Of a stretch of DNA of 64,000 nt, positions 1-9,347 are shown piece by piece. Source of the DNA: Ostreococcus lucimarinus (Eukaryota). A program made the translations under genes and the position numbers. The stretch is from NCBI GenBank assembly GCA_000092065.1, contig CP000581.1; one strand, written 5' to 3'. A model generated the notes under the pieces. It saw only the letters and a list, made by a program, of their open reading frames with translations, ran no database searches and was not told the DNA's origin. How positions within the stretch are numbered: the first letter of the stretch is position 1; the number at the start of each line of letters is the position of its first letter.

Positions 1-129
1 CTTCTCGTTGACGATCCGACGTTCGATCCATCTTTGCTCGCGCCTTTGGATTTAGAAAAGGTGGGCAAAGGCGACGTTCTCGGCGTCGATGCGTCGGACA
101 ACATGCTGAACTTTTTCTTTGAAGGAGAT
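1..129 (+). CDS. possible 3' end of an upstream gene (partial, runs off the window start); 42 in-frame codons ending TAG at 127-129
   Basis: open frame from position 1 with GC3-rich codon usage like neighbouring genes; no recognisable domain; not in ORF track because shorter than 60 aa. Confidence 0.2.
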
Positions 130-459
130 TAGATCACATTCCAGTAAATTATAGCTGCACGCGATGACTGTTTATCGAGCGCACGTCGGCGGTGTTTAGG
201 TTTTCATACGCCGACGGTTTCAGACGTCATACGCGATTGGTAACGCTCGCGCCGCGCGAGCGTCTCCCCGGTCGCCTTCATTTAGTCCATACAACAATTC
301 ATCACCACATCTTTAGCACAACGCTTTAATCGATCTATTTCGATTCATTCACTAACTATTTTACGCGCCTTGGCGTCGTCCCATCGGACTCGCGCCGTCT
401 TCGTCCTCGGCGTCTTCGTCCCTCCCCCGGGGGAACGGTGTCGGTCGGCATTCCTCGGC

Positions 460-2979
460 ATGCGCGCGTGGGCCGTCGCGCGACGAGGATTCATCGCATC
501 GCACGCGCGCGTGAGTGTCACCATGACGACGCACGCGATCGCACAATCGCTCGCGCACGCGCGGGACGCGCATCTCACGCCGCGTCATTCGTCGCATCTT
601 CGACGCGCGCGCGAGTCGTTACGGATGCGAGTGACGATTGGGCGCGGGGCGAATGCGTTCGAGACGCCCAGGACGACGCACGCGCGGACTCGAGCGAGCG
701 AACGAACGACGACGGCGATGACGTCATCACAATCGCAATCGCCGCCGAGCGCGCACGTGTTGACGGCGTACGCGGTGCGAGGCTCGTCGGGGACGCTGCC
801 GGCGCTGCGCGTCGTCCCGCTCGAGCTGTCGGACGACGCCGGGAAGGCGTGCGTGCGCGCGCTGTGGAGCGCGGTGCGGTTACTGCGGGAGACGAACACG
901 GATCGGGGAGGGAAATCGATGACGCCATTTTCAAACGAAGGCGCGTGCGAACTCTTCGCGCAGGCTGGAGTGCGAGACGAGGGGGACGTGCTGCGGTACG
1001 GCGTCGCGCGCACGAACGCGAAGGCGCTCGCGGAGAAGGCGCTCGGGCGGGGATCGACGAGGGAAGTCAAGGAGGGCGCGGCTTTTGATTTAGTGCCAAG
1101 ATCGAATGATTTCGAGTCGCGGGTGGCGTACGGAGAGATCCTTCGCGAAGCGCTGTATGAGCACACGCTGAGTGTGGCAGGCGAGCTCTTCGACGTCTCG
1201 CGTTTGGGACGAAGCGGCGTGTTGCTCACGGCAAAGTTGACGCGTGGGTCATGGGCGTGGACGCCCGTGAGCGATGCCGTGGCGGTTTTAGATCAGTACA
1301 CGATAGATATCGAGATTGGGGCGGAGGATTCGGCGCAGATACTATGCACACTCGGGCACGAGCTGCGGAGTCCGCTGAGCGTTCGTCAAATCTTGGACGA
1401 TCCGTCGTTGATGGATCTCCCGGAGGGTGCCGAAGTCGTCGCGTTGGGCGGACCGCATCTTCAAGGACAACTTTCGTACACAAATATCGGCGGGAAGACG
1501 ATCGGTGAGGCTCGAGAGGAGTTAAAAGGGGAAAGTCTTCTAAGCTATCATCGCGCGCGCTACCCGGCACGGATTGAATTGTTAGCCAACGCGCGCGATG
1601 ACGACGACGCAGTGCAGCTCGTGCAACCGGGGCGACCGCCGAGTGCATACCCAGCCGAGCTTCTTTCACCCGTGATTAAGATGAACATACTCGACGCAAC
1701 CACGCGCGAAGCAGTTTCAGAGACGTGTTCTGGAACGCCAGCGGATTTGCAACGTCGGATCTCAGCCGTTCGATCGATGCTAGGTCAACCGTTTACACCA
1801 CTTTTGCAAGTCGACGAAAAGATGCAAAGGCTCGCCGCGGCGCCACCGCCGGCATCAGCGAACGATGACGTTCGTCGAGGAAGTATGAAAACTGGACCGG
1901 CGGTCATGCCTTCGGCGTCTACGATGACGACGATGGAGAAAGCGCTTCCAACGCTGACTTTACTGCTCGGTGCGTCGACGAAGACGGACGAGACGGCGGC
2001 GACGAATTACATCTCACGGCTCACGGCTGACGTAGAAGCCGCGATGAGAGGGTGGAGCGCGAGAGAAGAAGACATCGATGCGATAAAGGGCGATATCGCA
2101 AACGCGGTGGTGTGCTACTACGACGATAGCTCGCTGAATGCCACACGTTCGGCGTTCATAAAGGTTTTTCGAGAGAATATGTCGTCGTCGTACTTGGTTG
2201 CACTCTCTGAGACGAAGCAATTTGTCGAGGCGGGCGCTCGTCAAGCCGGGTCACGAGTGTCGAATGAGTCCACGGTGAGATGGGCCGCGGATGACTCAGA
2301 CGCGAGACGACTGTGTTTTTCGCTCATCGCTCGACGTGGAGGTCAAGCAACGGTATGCAAAGATCGAATCATCGCCGAAGATGCTCACATCGTTGGCGCC
2401 GGCGTCAAGTCAGGCTTTCCTGTCGTCGACTCGTACGGTCGAGTCATTGCTCGACAATTCGGCGCTCCTTCTGGCGCGACAGTCACTGGTGCGGTGCGCA
2501 CAGCAATTGACCTTAGACTAAAAATGATAGCCATTCACCACGCCGGTGAATCCGACGTCGAGGACGTCAGGGCGGCGATGAATTTAGCGCGCGAAAACAA
2601 CGTGACGATTTCAACCGTCGTCGACGTGGTCGACGCCGACTTCGGTCGTGTTCTCGGTTGGAGCAAACAAGCGGGTGCGGTGACGCAACCTGATCGTGGT
2701 TTCTGGTCGCCTTTAGGTACGGTCGGCGACGACGCCGTCGTCGTCACCACGGGCATGGAGTCCAATCTTGTTCGAGGTGTCTCCAGACCGCTTCGGCTTC
2801 GAATCCGTGCCGGCGACGACGGCATCGAATCGGCGGTGGATCAAATACTCAAGCTCTCCGTCATTGACTGTCACTTCACACCATCGACGAGTTCATTTCG
2901 ATTACCTTTGACGCTGAGGCCGAAGAGCGAGAACAACTTGGAAATCATTCTCGTCGCCGCCGCGACGTCGACGTTGTAA
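460..2979 (+). CDS. hypothetical protein (~840 aa), no domain recognised by eye; true start uncertain (track ORF starts at TTG 370; first ATG at 460)
   Basis: 2.6-kb uninterrupted ORF with strong GC3 bias; TGTAA overlaps the stop region. Confidence 0.55.
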   Translation: MRAWAVARRGFIASHARVSVTMTTHAIAQSLAHARDAHLTPRHSSHLRRARESLRMRVTIGRGANAFETPRTTHARTRASERTTTAMTSSQSQSPPSAHVLTAYAVRGSSGTLPALRVVPLELSDDAGKACVRALWSAVRLLRETNTDRGGKSMTPFSNEGACELFAQAGVRDEGDVLRYGVARTNAKALAEKALGRGSTREVKEGAAFDLVPRSNDFESRVAYGEILREALYEHTLSVAGELFDVSRLGRSGVLLTAKLTRGSWAWTPVSDAVAVLDQYTIDIEIGAEDSAQILCTLGHELRSPLSVRQILDDPSLMDLPEGAEVVALGGPHLQGQLSYTNIGGKTIGEAREELKGESLLSYHRARYPARIELLANARDDDDAVQLVQPGRPPSAYPAELLSPVIKMNILDATTREAVSETCSGTPADLQRRISAVRSMLGQPFTPLLQVDEKMQRLAAAPPPASANDDVRRGSMKTGPAVMPSASTMTTMEKALPTLTLLLGASTKTDETAATNYISRLTADVEAAMRGWSAREEDIDAIKGDIANAVVCYYDDSSLNATRSAFIKVFRENMSSSYLVALSETKQFVEAGARQAGSRVSNESTVRWAADDSDARRLCFSLIARRGGQATVCKDRIIAEDAHIVGAGVKSGFPVVDSYGRVIARQFGAPSGATVTGAVRTAIDLRLKMIAIHHAGESDVEDVRAAMNLARENNVTISTVVDVVDADFGRVLGWSKQAGAVTQPDRGFWSPLGTVGDDAVVVTTGMESNLVRGVSRPLRLRIRAGDDGIESAVDQILKLSVIDCHFTPSTSSFRLPLTLRPKSENNLEIILVAAATSTL

Positions 2980-3034
2980 CAAAACAGCCTCCCTGGATTA
3001 GACCTCATTGCGCGTCCGCGTGCGTCGTCGCGAG

Positions 3035-4012
3035 ATGAACGACGATGTTGCGGGCGTCGCCACAAACGACACACGACATCAGCGTCCACCGAAGATTAAA
3101 TTGCGGCTAAACATTCCCGCGCGCGACGACGATGACGAGAAAGGACGCGCTGGAACGACGAGGAAACGAACGACGACCACGACCACGACCACGACCACGA
3201 CGTCGCGAGAAAACTCCATGAGCATGTCCATGGGAGCGTCCATGTCTTTGGGAGAGCACGGCGACGAACACGGCGACGAAGCGACGCAAGGGATGTCGTT
3301 CCTCTCGCCTCCGACTGGACGCCAAAAAAGGCACACCCACAGCCCGGCGACGACACCGATGTCGGTCGGAACGTCGCCAAGAATATCGTCGAAACGACCA
3401 AGAATGAGTAATGATTGGATTGAGGATGAAGTGCACCCGTCGATGGTCATGGGGACGCCGGGGAGCGGTGGCACGGCAGCGAAGCGATTGACATCGGAGA
3501 TCATGGCGAGCAACTTGTCGCAGCTCTTGAGCGTGTCGCCGATGTCGACAAATAACGATGGTGGTACTGCGTGCGCAGTTGATGAATCATGGACGTCGTC
3601 GAGCGCACCGATGTCATTTGGTGAAACCGTGAAGTCGTCAACGTCGCTGCTGAAGCGCACGCTGTCAGGGACGTACGGAGATACCACGGGCATGTTGATG
3701 CTGACGGCACCCCAGCTCGCCAAGTCACCAACAGAAAGCATGATGGTGAGTCATCACGGCGGCGGTGGTCTGCCTCCGTCATCACCGTCGGATCCTTCGC
3801 CAATTCACGATTTACGGAAAGCCGCACTCATGCGTTCGAGATTACTGAACGTTTCATCCGCTTTGCCGCCGCGAGCGACGCCTTCAAGCACTCGAGGGAA
3901 TCACTTGCAGCGTGGGTTCGTGCATGAACGTCCTCCGATTCACAGTTTAGGCGTTGGTACGGTTGATGTCGGTGACGAGACAGAGAGCGGAGAGAGGAAC
4001 GTAGCTAAGTAG
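3035..4012 (+). CDS. hypothetical Ser/Thr/Pro-rich low-complexity protein (poly-Thr run encoded by (ACGACC)n at ~3170-3200)
   Basis: ORF 3008..4012 in track starts at TTG; first ATG at 3035; low-complexity composition, so coding status moderately uncertain. Confidence 0.35.
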   Translation: MNDDVAGVATNDTRHQRPPKIKLRLNIPARDDDDEKGRAGTTRKRTTTTTTTTTTTSRENSMSMSMGASMSLGEHGDEHGDEATQGMSFLSPPTGRQKRHTHSPATTPMSVGTSPRISSKRPRMSNDWIEDEVHPSMVMGTPGSGGTAAKRLTSEIMASNLSQLLSVSPMSTNNDGGTACAVDESWTSSSAPMSFGETVKSSTSLLKRTLSGTYGDTTGMLMLTAPQLAKSPTESMMVSHHGGGGLPPSSPSDPSPIHDLRKAALMRSRLLNVSSALPPRATPSSTRGNHLQRGFVHERPPIHSLGVGTVDVGDETESGERNVAK

Positions 4013-4211
4013 ACATTCATCAATAGATACACTGCATTTAGGGATTCGTTCGAGACTTCTTCACACACACCGTCGGGTAGTGCACCTCCTGAACGCACAA
4101 ACCCGTAACATCGCGAAATCGCGAAATCGCGAGTGGGGCGGACCTCATTTTGTGACTACGGTGTATATACCAGATGAAATGCTTAATAAGCGATCATTTC
4201 GTCGCCAAAAT

Positions 4212-4394
4212 GCTCGATTGGTCTAGTGGTTATGACGTCTGCTTAACATATACCGGCCTCCGCGCCACAATATGGACAAGCACGAGATTGCGATTTACTT
4301 CGCATTCTTACGTTTCTCAAGGAAAGCGCGACGCGAGTCGCGCGCTTCTAGCTTAACGCGCAGAAGGTCTCCGGTTCAATCCCGGAATTGAGTA
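4212..4394 (+). tRNA. nuclear tRNA-Val (anticodon AAC) interrupted by a ~110-nt intron (about 4249..4358) at the canonical 37/38 position
   Basis: 5' exon GCTCGATTGGTCTAGTGGTTATGACGTCTGCTTAACA and 3' exon CGCAGAAGGTCTCCGGTTCAATCCCGGAATTGAGTA fold into a cloverleaf (D-arm GTCT/AGTGGTTA/TGAC, anticodon stem TCTGC/GCAGA, T-arm TCCGG TTCAATC CCGGA, acceptor with two G-U pairs); near-identical to known eukaryotic tRNA-Val(AAC); followed by T6 tract. Confidence 0.75.
4249..4358 (+). other. tRNA intron (boundaries ambiguous within a 7-nt direct repeat GCTTAAC present at 4241-4247 and 4351-4357)
   Basis: anticodon-stem 3' half GCAGA only appears ~110 nt downstream of the anticodon loop. Confidence 0.6.
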
Positions 4395-4396
4395 TC

Positions 4397-4402
4397 TTTT
4401 TT
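4397..4402 (+). terminator. RNA polymerase III terminator T-tract (TTTTTT) 3 nt after the tRNA discriminator base
   Basis: attgagtaTCTTTTTTgcc directly downstream of acceptor stem. Confidence 0.7.
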
Positions 4403-4536
4403 GCCCATCATTTTACAACCTTTTATTTATTTCGACTCACTGCACCCCATACCGGCGGGGACGACAACGCCCGCTCCAGGCGTTTTTCTTGGGTGAACGC
4501 CGACGGTCGCGCGACACACACGGCGACGCGCGTGAC

Positions 4537-5232
4537 ATGTGTACCAACGGCGACGCGATGACGACGAACGATGTGATCGCGATTCAACGTCGTCGATCCG
4601 ACGACGACGCGCCGAAGACACCGCCGAAAACGCCAAGTTCTTCCGATAATCTTTTGCACGTCTTGGCGGGCTGGACGACGATAACGCCCGCGCCACTGGG
4701 CGACGACGCCGAGAAAGAAGACCAAAAAGACGATGACGACGACGACGACGACGCGCTTTCTCGGTGTACCACCACCAATCGGCGACTCGATCGAGATTTT
4801 GGTCGTCACGCCGAGCCCATCGACGACGGCGCGCTGACGACGCCGACGGCGCCGCCGCCACCGACGGAGCCGTTCCCAGCAAAAGGACGAGCGCTGCTGA
4901 ACACGCTTCTGCCGAATTTAAAGACATCGCCGTCAGAGTCACCATCGCCATCGTCTTCATCCTTAGCTCGAATCGAAGCTTTGCTGCAGGCGTTGGTCAA
5001 ACGCGTGGAAACGGTCGAAAGCAAGCTCGATGAGGTGCTTTCGAGATGTGACGAGCGGCAAAAACATGATGACAACGCGCTCGACGATGCGTGCGATGAT
5101 GATGACGATAATCATTTCCACACACCCAAGTCTGAACCGCGATCTATTTCGATAGCGTCGTCGCCGTGTCTCGTCAGAGCGTCGCCGTCGCCGTCCATCG
5201 TCAACGCCTTCGCGGAGCTCTACGTCTCGTGA
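4537..5232 (+). CDS. hypothetical acidic protein with poly-Asp tract and a C-terminal coiled-coil segment
   Basis: track ORF 4489..5232 starts at TTG; first ATG 4537; GC3-rich. Confidence 0.4.
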   Translation: MCTNGDAMTTNDVIAIQRRRSDDDAPKTPPKTPSSSDNLLHVLAGWTTITPAPLGDDAEKEDQKDDDDDDDDALSRCTTTNRRLDRDFGRHAEPIDDGALTTPTAPPPPTEPFPAKGRALLNTLLPNLKTSPSESPSPSSSSLARIEALLQALVKRVETVESKLDEVLSRCDERQKHDDNALDDACDDDDDNHFHTPKSEPRSISIASSPCLVRASPSPSIVNAFAELYVS

Positions 5233-5296
5233 TGCGCGCGCGATGCCGGCGTTGTACCATACTAGTAGTGTCTCGTACAATATTATATTAAATCGA

Positions 5297-5695
5297 CTAA
5301 AATATCGGTTCAGCCTCGAACCCTCCCTCCACCACGGTCTCCACGAGCGCCGGGAGCTTGGTGACGCCGTCCACCACGCTCTCGCAATCGATCGACACGC
5401 GCACAATCTTCGTCGCCAAATCGACGTCCACCGCCGTCACCTTGACCCCTTTATCGTTGTTCATCAGTTTCGTCGTCACGCTCTCCACGCACCCGTCGCA
5501 CATCATCCCCTCAACCTTCAGCTCCACCACCACGGGCTCGCTCGACGCCGACGCCGCGACCGACGCGGGCGTCGCTCTCGGCGTCGCGGCTTTGCGCGGC
5601 GACCGCGTCGCGCGACGCTTGGACGCGGCGGGCGTCGAGGGCGTCGAGGGCGTCGACGTCGACGTCGACGTCGACGTCGCCTTCGAACACGACAT
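5297..5695 (-). CDS. heavy-metal-associated (HMA) domain copper chaperone-like protein with S/T-rich basic N-terminal extension
   Basis: C-terminal VVELKVEGMMCDGCVESVTTKL... (MxCxxC HMA fold); ATG confirmed at 5695 (minus); upstream 100 codons of track ORF are antisense to nothing recognisable and were trimmed. Confidence 0.7.
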   Translation of the reverse strand: MSCSKATSTSTSTSTPSTPSTPAASKRRATRSPRKAATPRATPASVAASASSEPVVVELKVEGMMCDGCVESVTTKLMNNDKGVKVTAVDVDLATKIVRVSIDCESVVDGVTKLPALVETVVEGGFEAEPIF

Positions 5696-5840
5696 CGCGC
5701 CGGTTCGCGGTGTGACGCCGCGACGGATAAAATCCGTCGCGCGCGCGGCGATCGCCCGATCGTTCCTCCGAGAAACGAATCGGCCAAATGCGAGAATCGT
5801 CACACGCGAACGCGTCCGACGACACCGATCGCGCGCATCG

Positions 5841-6536
5841 ATGAATACGAAACGCGCGTCGCGCACGATCGTCTGCCTCGTCCTCGGCATCTTTCTCGAC
5901 GCCCTCGGCGGTGCGCGCGCGCAGGCGACGCGCGCGCGCCAGAGAGCGCCCGAGACGGCGTGCGCGCCAATCGCCCCCGTGCAGCCGTTCAACCTCACCG
6001 AGTACGTCGATCGAGAGTGGTACGTGGTGGCACAAAAACCGACGTCGTACCAGCCGCGTCGCGATCTGTTTTGCGTGCGAGCGAATTACACGCTCGTGGA
6101 TGCGCAGACGATTTCAATTTGGAACACGGCGAGGAGAGACGGCGTCTCGGGACGCGATAGAAATGCCCGAGGGTTGTTTAAGCTCCGAGGAATCGTGGAA
6201 GACGTCGAAACTCCATCAAAACTCGTCGTTGGTTTGAACTTTTTACCATCGTTCACCTATGGTCCGTACTGGGTCGTCGCCACGGACACAACACCGGAAT
6301 CGGACGAGTTTGCGGAGCGCGGCTACTCGTGGGCCATCATTAGCGGCGGGCCGCTGACGACACCGAGAGGCGATGAAGGGTTGTGTGAGCCATCCGGCGG
6401 ACTTTGGTTGTTCGTGCGCGATCCGCTCGTTTCCAAAAATGTTGTGGATCAGATAAAAGCGACCGCTCGAGAGCTCGGGATCGACACAAGCGTACTTTTA
6501 CCAGTCGACCAAGAAGGGTGCACGTATCCGCGTTGA
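5841..6536 (+). CDS. lipocalin (bacterial Blc / ApoD / plant-type lipocalin family) with N-terminal signal or transit peptide
   Basis: FNLTEYVDREWYVVAQKP (lipocalin SCR1 motif NFD..Y.G.WY..A), C-terminal ...LWLFVRDPLVSKNVVDQIKATARELGIDTSVLLPVDQ typical Blc tail; ATG 5841 in frame with track ORF 5358..6536, whose 5' part is antisense of the HMA gene. Confidence 0.75.
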   Translation: MNTKRASRTIVCLVLGIFLDALGGARAQATRARQRAPETACAPIAPVQPFNLTEYVDREWYVVAQKPTSYQPRRDLFCVRANYTLVDAQTISIWNTARRDGVSGRDRNARGLFKLRGIVEDVETPSKLVVGLNFLPSFTYGPYWVVATDTTPESDEFAERGYSWAIISGGPLTTPRGDEGLCEPSGGLWLFVRDPLVSKNVVDQIKATARELGIDTSVLLPVDQEGCTYPR

Positions 6537-6672
6537 CGAACACGGTCAGTCTAGCATCCACACAAGCATCATGAAGAGAAAAGGGCGATACGCTGATGAT
6601 TTTTCACTATCAGACCGATTTTTGATTCATTCTTTTAGTACTACTACTACATTCTTTTCAACTTTGCTACTG

Positions 6673-8637
6673 CTACCAAGCGTCGACAAAATATCGACCA
6701 GTCGTTTCTAATTTAGTCATGTATCGTGCGCTTGCGTCCTCGTCGAGCAATCCTTGCTCGCGCACGACCTCCTGGATCGCTTTGTGCACGGCCGCGGGCA
6801 TCTTTTCTGCCGATCCAGCTACGAAGACTTTCGCTCCAGCCTCGAGCAAGGACCATATACGTTTCGCTTCATCCTTGACGCAATCTTGCACGTATCGCTT
6901 CTTCGCCTCTGGCACCATGCGAGAAAACGCGACGACAACACCTCCGAGTGAATCGCCGCCAGAACCAATTAAAGAGCCATCTTTTTCAATTTGTTTCCAC
7001 TCTTCCTTATATAAATAATCGTGCCGTGCGTGACGGCATCCAAACACGACCAATGCGCTTGCCGTGGAGGATTGCAGCACGCGTGCTCGAACAAAGGATC
7101 GAAATGGTGCGATACCAGTGCCCGGACCGATGAGAATCAATGGGGTCTCGGGTGGTGGTAAACTGATGCTTCCTTTGGTGATAGAGTATTTCACGCGCGT
7201 GCCAACGTCCAAAGAGTTCAGCCAGGAAGAACATAATCCTTTCCGCGCCCGTTTCATCGGTGTCACCCATTCCGCAGCGGCAACGGTGATGTGCGTCGCC
7301 GCCGTCCGCTCAGTATCCGCTGGAGAAGACGATATGGAATAATATCGCGGATGCAAGTGAGGAGCTACTTGCAAAAGCCACGCCAGTGACGGTTTTAACG
7401 ACGGAAAATCGTCGAATATTTCACACACCGTCCTTCGCTCGCGCTGATTGTACTTGTACAAATCCACAGCGCCCTCTGCCGAGGCAAAGTACTGAAGACG
7501 CTCCTTTTCGTGTTCGCTTTCGGCAAAATGACTCATGACCTCAAAAAAGTAACGTCTTGGGGATGCAGAATCCACATCGATCGCACCTGCGAGTAAGTAC
7601 TTGACCTGAATCAACGGGAACAATGCAGCCTTCGTCTCGGGCGCCGACGAAGGATAAACGCGCACCCAAGCATCCGGAGACATGCCCAGACGCTCAATCA
7701 GAGCCGAGACTTTGGCGTCGGCGGCACGCGTTGCGAAAGGTATCACGCCTAACACATCACCTGCTTCGTAGTGCGCGATCGAGGCGTCTAAGGTTTGAAA
7801 TTCTAGGTGACGAACCTCCTTGACGGCGTCGTCACTCGTCAAACATCTATTCTCACTCACGAATCCATCGTAATACGTTGTGTCGCGCGATTCGCGAGCT
7901 TCGTACTCAGCTTTTGAGAATGAAGTGCTAGCGTCGCTCGCATCAGCCGCCGCGAGCGCGAGTCGCAACGCCGTGTGTGCCTCCATCAGGCGTTCTCCGC
8001 TCGCCTCGACAATGCCCTCTGCGCAGGCAACCTCTTCCACGACGAATCTACAAGCGGGTAACGGCGCACTCGAGAGCTCGGCCTCGGTGAGGTCTTTCAA
8101 GTGCGGTGGCAACGGAAATATCTCGCGCATAGATTTCCACAACTCTCTCAACCACGGATTCAACGCCGCCTCGTACCCAAGTGGGTGCTGGTCATCTCCC
8201 AACCCAAGCGCTTCAATCGCGTTTGCCCCGAGCCCTTGCAGGCGCCGAAAAAGTTTTTTAGCGGTGACGTTATATTTTTGATATCCCGAATCGCCCAACC
8301 CGAACACGGCGTAGGACATGTTCGTCAGAGACGTCGCGGACAAACTCCGCCGCAGCAAAAATCTCCAAAAGCTCTTCATGTTCCTCGGTTCGTCACCCTG
8401 TCCTGTGGTGGACGTGACAAACACCACGCACCGCTCGCGAGGTAACGTTCGCACGTCATATCCCTCCATGGTCATGAGCACGGGGGCGTAATGCTTGAGC
8501 TTGGCCTCTCTCACGACGCGCTCCGCGACGTCTTGCGCGTTCCCAGTCTCCGAACCGTAGAGCACGAGCACGCGACGAGCGGGCGATGCGCCCGACGCGT
8601 CCGATGCGCCCGATGCGCCCGCGCCTGCGCTCACCAT
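6673..8637 (-). CDS. NDOR1: NADPH-dependent diflavin oxidoreductase 1 (NDOR1/Tah18/ATR3-like; flavodoxin + FAD/NADPH domains)
   Basis: VLVLYGSETGNAQDVAERV, VFVTSTTGQGDEPRNMKSFWRFLL, YAVFGLGDSGYQKYN, RYYSISSS, GLCSSWL, GPGTGIAPFRSF; ATG at 8637 verified. Confidence 0.85.
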   Translation of the reverse strand: MVSAGAGASGASDASGASPARRVLVLYGSETGNAQDVAERVVREAKLKHYAPVLMTMEGYDVRTLPRERCVVFVTSTTGQGDEPRNMKSFWRFLLRRSLSATSLTNMSYAVFGLGDSGYQKYNVTAKKLFRRLQGLGANAIEALGLGDDQHPLGYEAALNPWLRELWKSMREIFPLPPHLKDLTEAELSSAPLPACRFVVEEVACAEGIVEASGERLMEAHTALRLALAAADASDASTSFSKAEYEARESRDTTYYDGFVSENRCLTSDDAVKEVRHLEFQTLDASIAHYEAGDVLGVIPFATRAADAKVSALIERLGMSPDAWVRVYPSSAPETKAALFPLIQVKYLLAGAIDVDSASPRRYFFEVMSHFAESEHEKERLQYFASAEGAVDLYKYNQRERRTVCEIFDDFPSLKPSLAWLLQVAPHLHPRYYSISSSPADTERTAATHITVAAAEWVTPMKRARKGLCSSWLNSLDVGTRVKYSITKGSISLPPPETPLILIGPGTGIAPFRSFVRARVLQSSTASALVVFGCRHARHDYLYKEEWKQIEKDGSLIGSGGDSLGGVVVAFSRMVPEAKKRYVQDCVKDEAKRIWSLLEAGAKVFVAGSAEKMPAAVHKAIQEVVREQGLLDEDASARYMTKLETTGRYFVDAW

Positions 8638-8782
8638 CGCGATCGAGTGACGCGCACCGACCTAGTTTGCGCCGCGCGATGGCGACCCAAAATGCGGCTG
8701 CAGGCCGCTGGTGCGGCCGCCCACGAAACGCCAGTGCGCGGCGGTCGTGGGCGCCGGTGCACCGTCGAAGCGCGGTCCAACC

Positions 8783-9256
8783 ATGGCGACCGCTAGAGAC
8801 GATGGTCGTTTCAATCCCAGTCCTGCGCTCGCGCGCGACGTCGAGGCGTCGGGCGCGCGATATCCACCGGTTAAAGTTCGCGCGGCCTCGCTGGGAACCG
8901 TCAAGGCGCGCGCGCTGCATCACCAAGCCACGGAAGAAATGGTGCGAGATTTGTTAAAGTACGACGAAGTGCCGGGAATAACGAACATGTCGCACGTCGC
9001 TTTGCCCCCGGGCACCGTTATCGATCGTCACGTCCATCCGAGCAAGTACGAGGTATTCTTCGTGCAAAGCGGACGAGGTGCGTTCAAGGTGTGGAGACGC
9101 AAAGCGAGCGAAGCGGAAGAGGCGCGAGAAGAAATTGACCTCAGACCTGGTGTGAGCGTATACGTTGGACCGGAAGAACCTCACGAGATTATCCCGCATG
9201 GTGAGGACGAGCCGTTGATGATGTTGTACTTTGGCGTCGTAGCGCCAGAACCTTGA
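8783..9256 (+). CDS. cupin-domain (RmlC-like) small protein
   Basis: HVHPSKYEVFFVQSGRGAF...PGVSVYVGPEEPHEI (cupin_2 motifs); ATG at 8783 in Kozak-like ccATGG context, divergent from NDOR1 start. Confidence 0.6.
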   Translation: MATARDDGRFNPSPALARDVEASGARYPPVKVRAASLGTVKARALHHQATEEMVRDLLKYDEVPGITNMSHVALPPGTVIDRHVHPSKYEVFFVQSGRGAFKVWRRKASEAEEAREEIDLRPGVSVYVGPEEPHEIIPHGEDEPLMMLYFGVVAPEP

Positions 9257-9347
9257 GGTCGCCGGCGTTTCTCTCGCGTCGCGGCGATGCTGTCCGTATT
9301 ATTATTAGTTGTTGTAAACGATGAAGGAAGTAGGAACTCATATTGAG

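Noticed and set aside
4174-4356. Track ORF (60 aa, plus strand) overlapping the tRNA-Val gene
   Set aside because: It lies across the tRNA 5' exon and intron; the tRNA cloverleaf plus pol III terminator explain the locus, and the ORF has no coding-like codon bias.
5358-5840. N-terminal 161 codons of track ORF 5358..6536
   Set aside because: This part is antisense to the HMA-domain gene; the lipocalin signature and a signal peptide begin at the internal ATG 5841, so only 5841..6536 was annotated.
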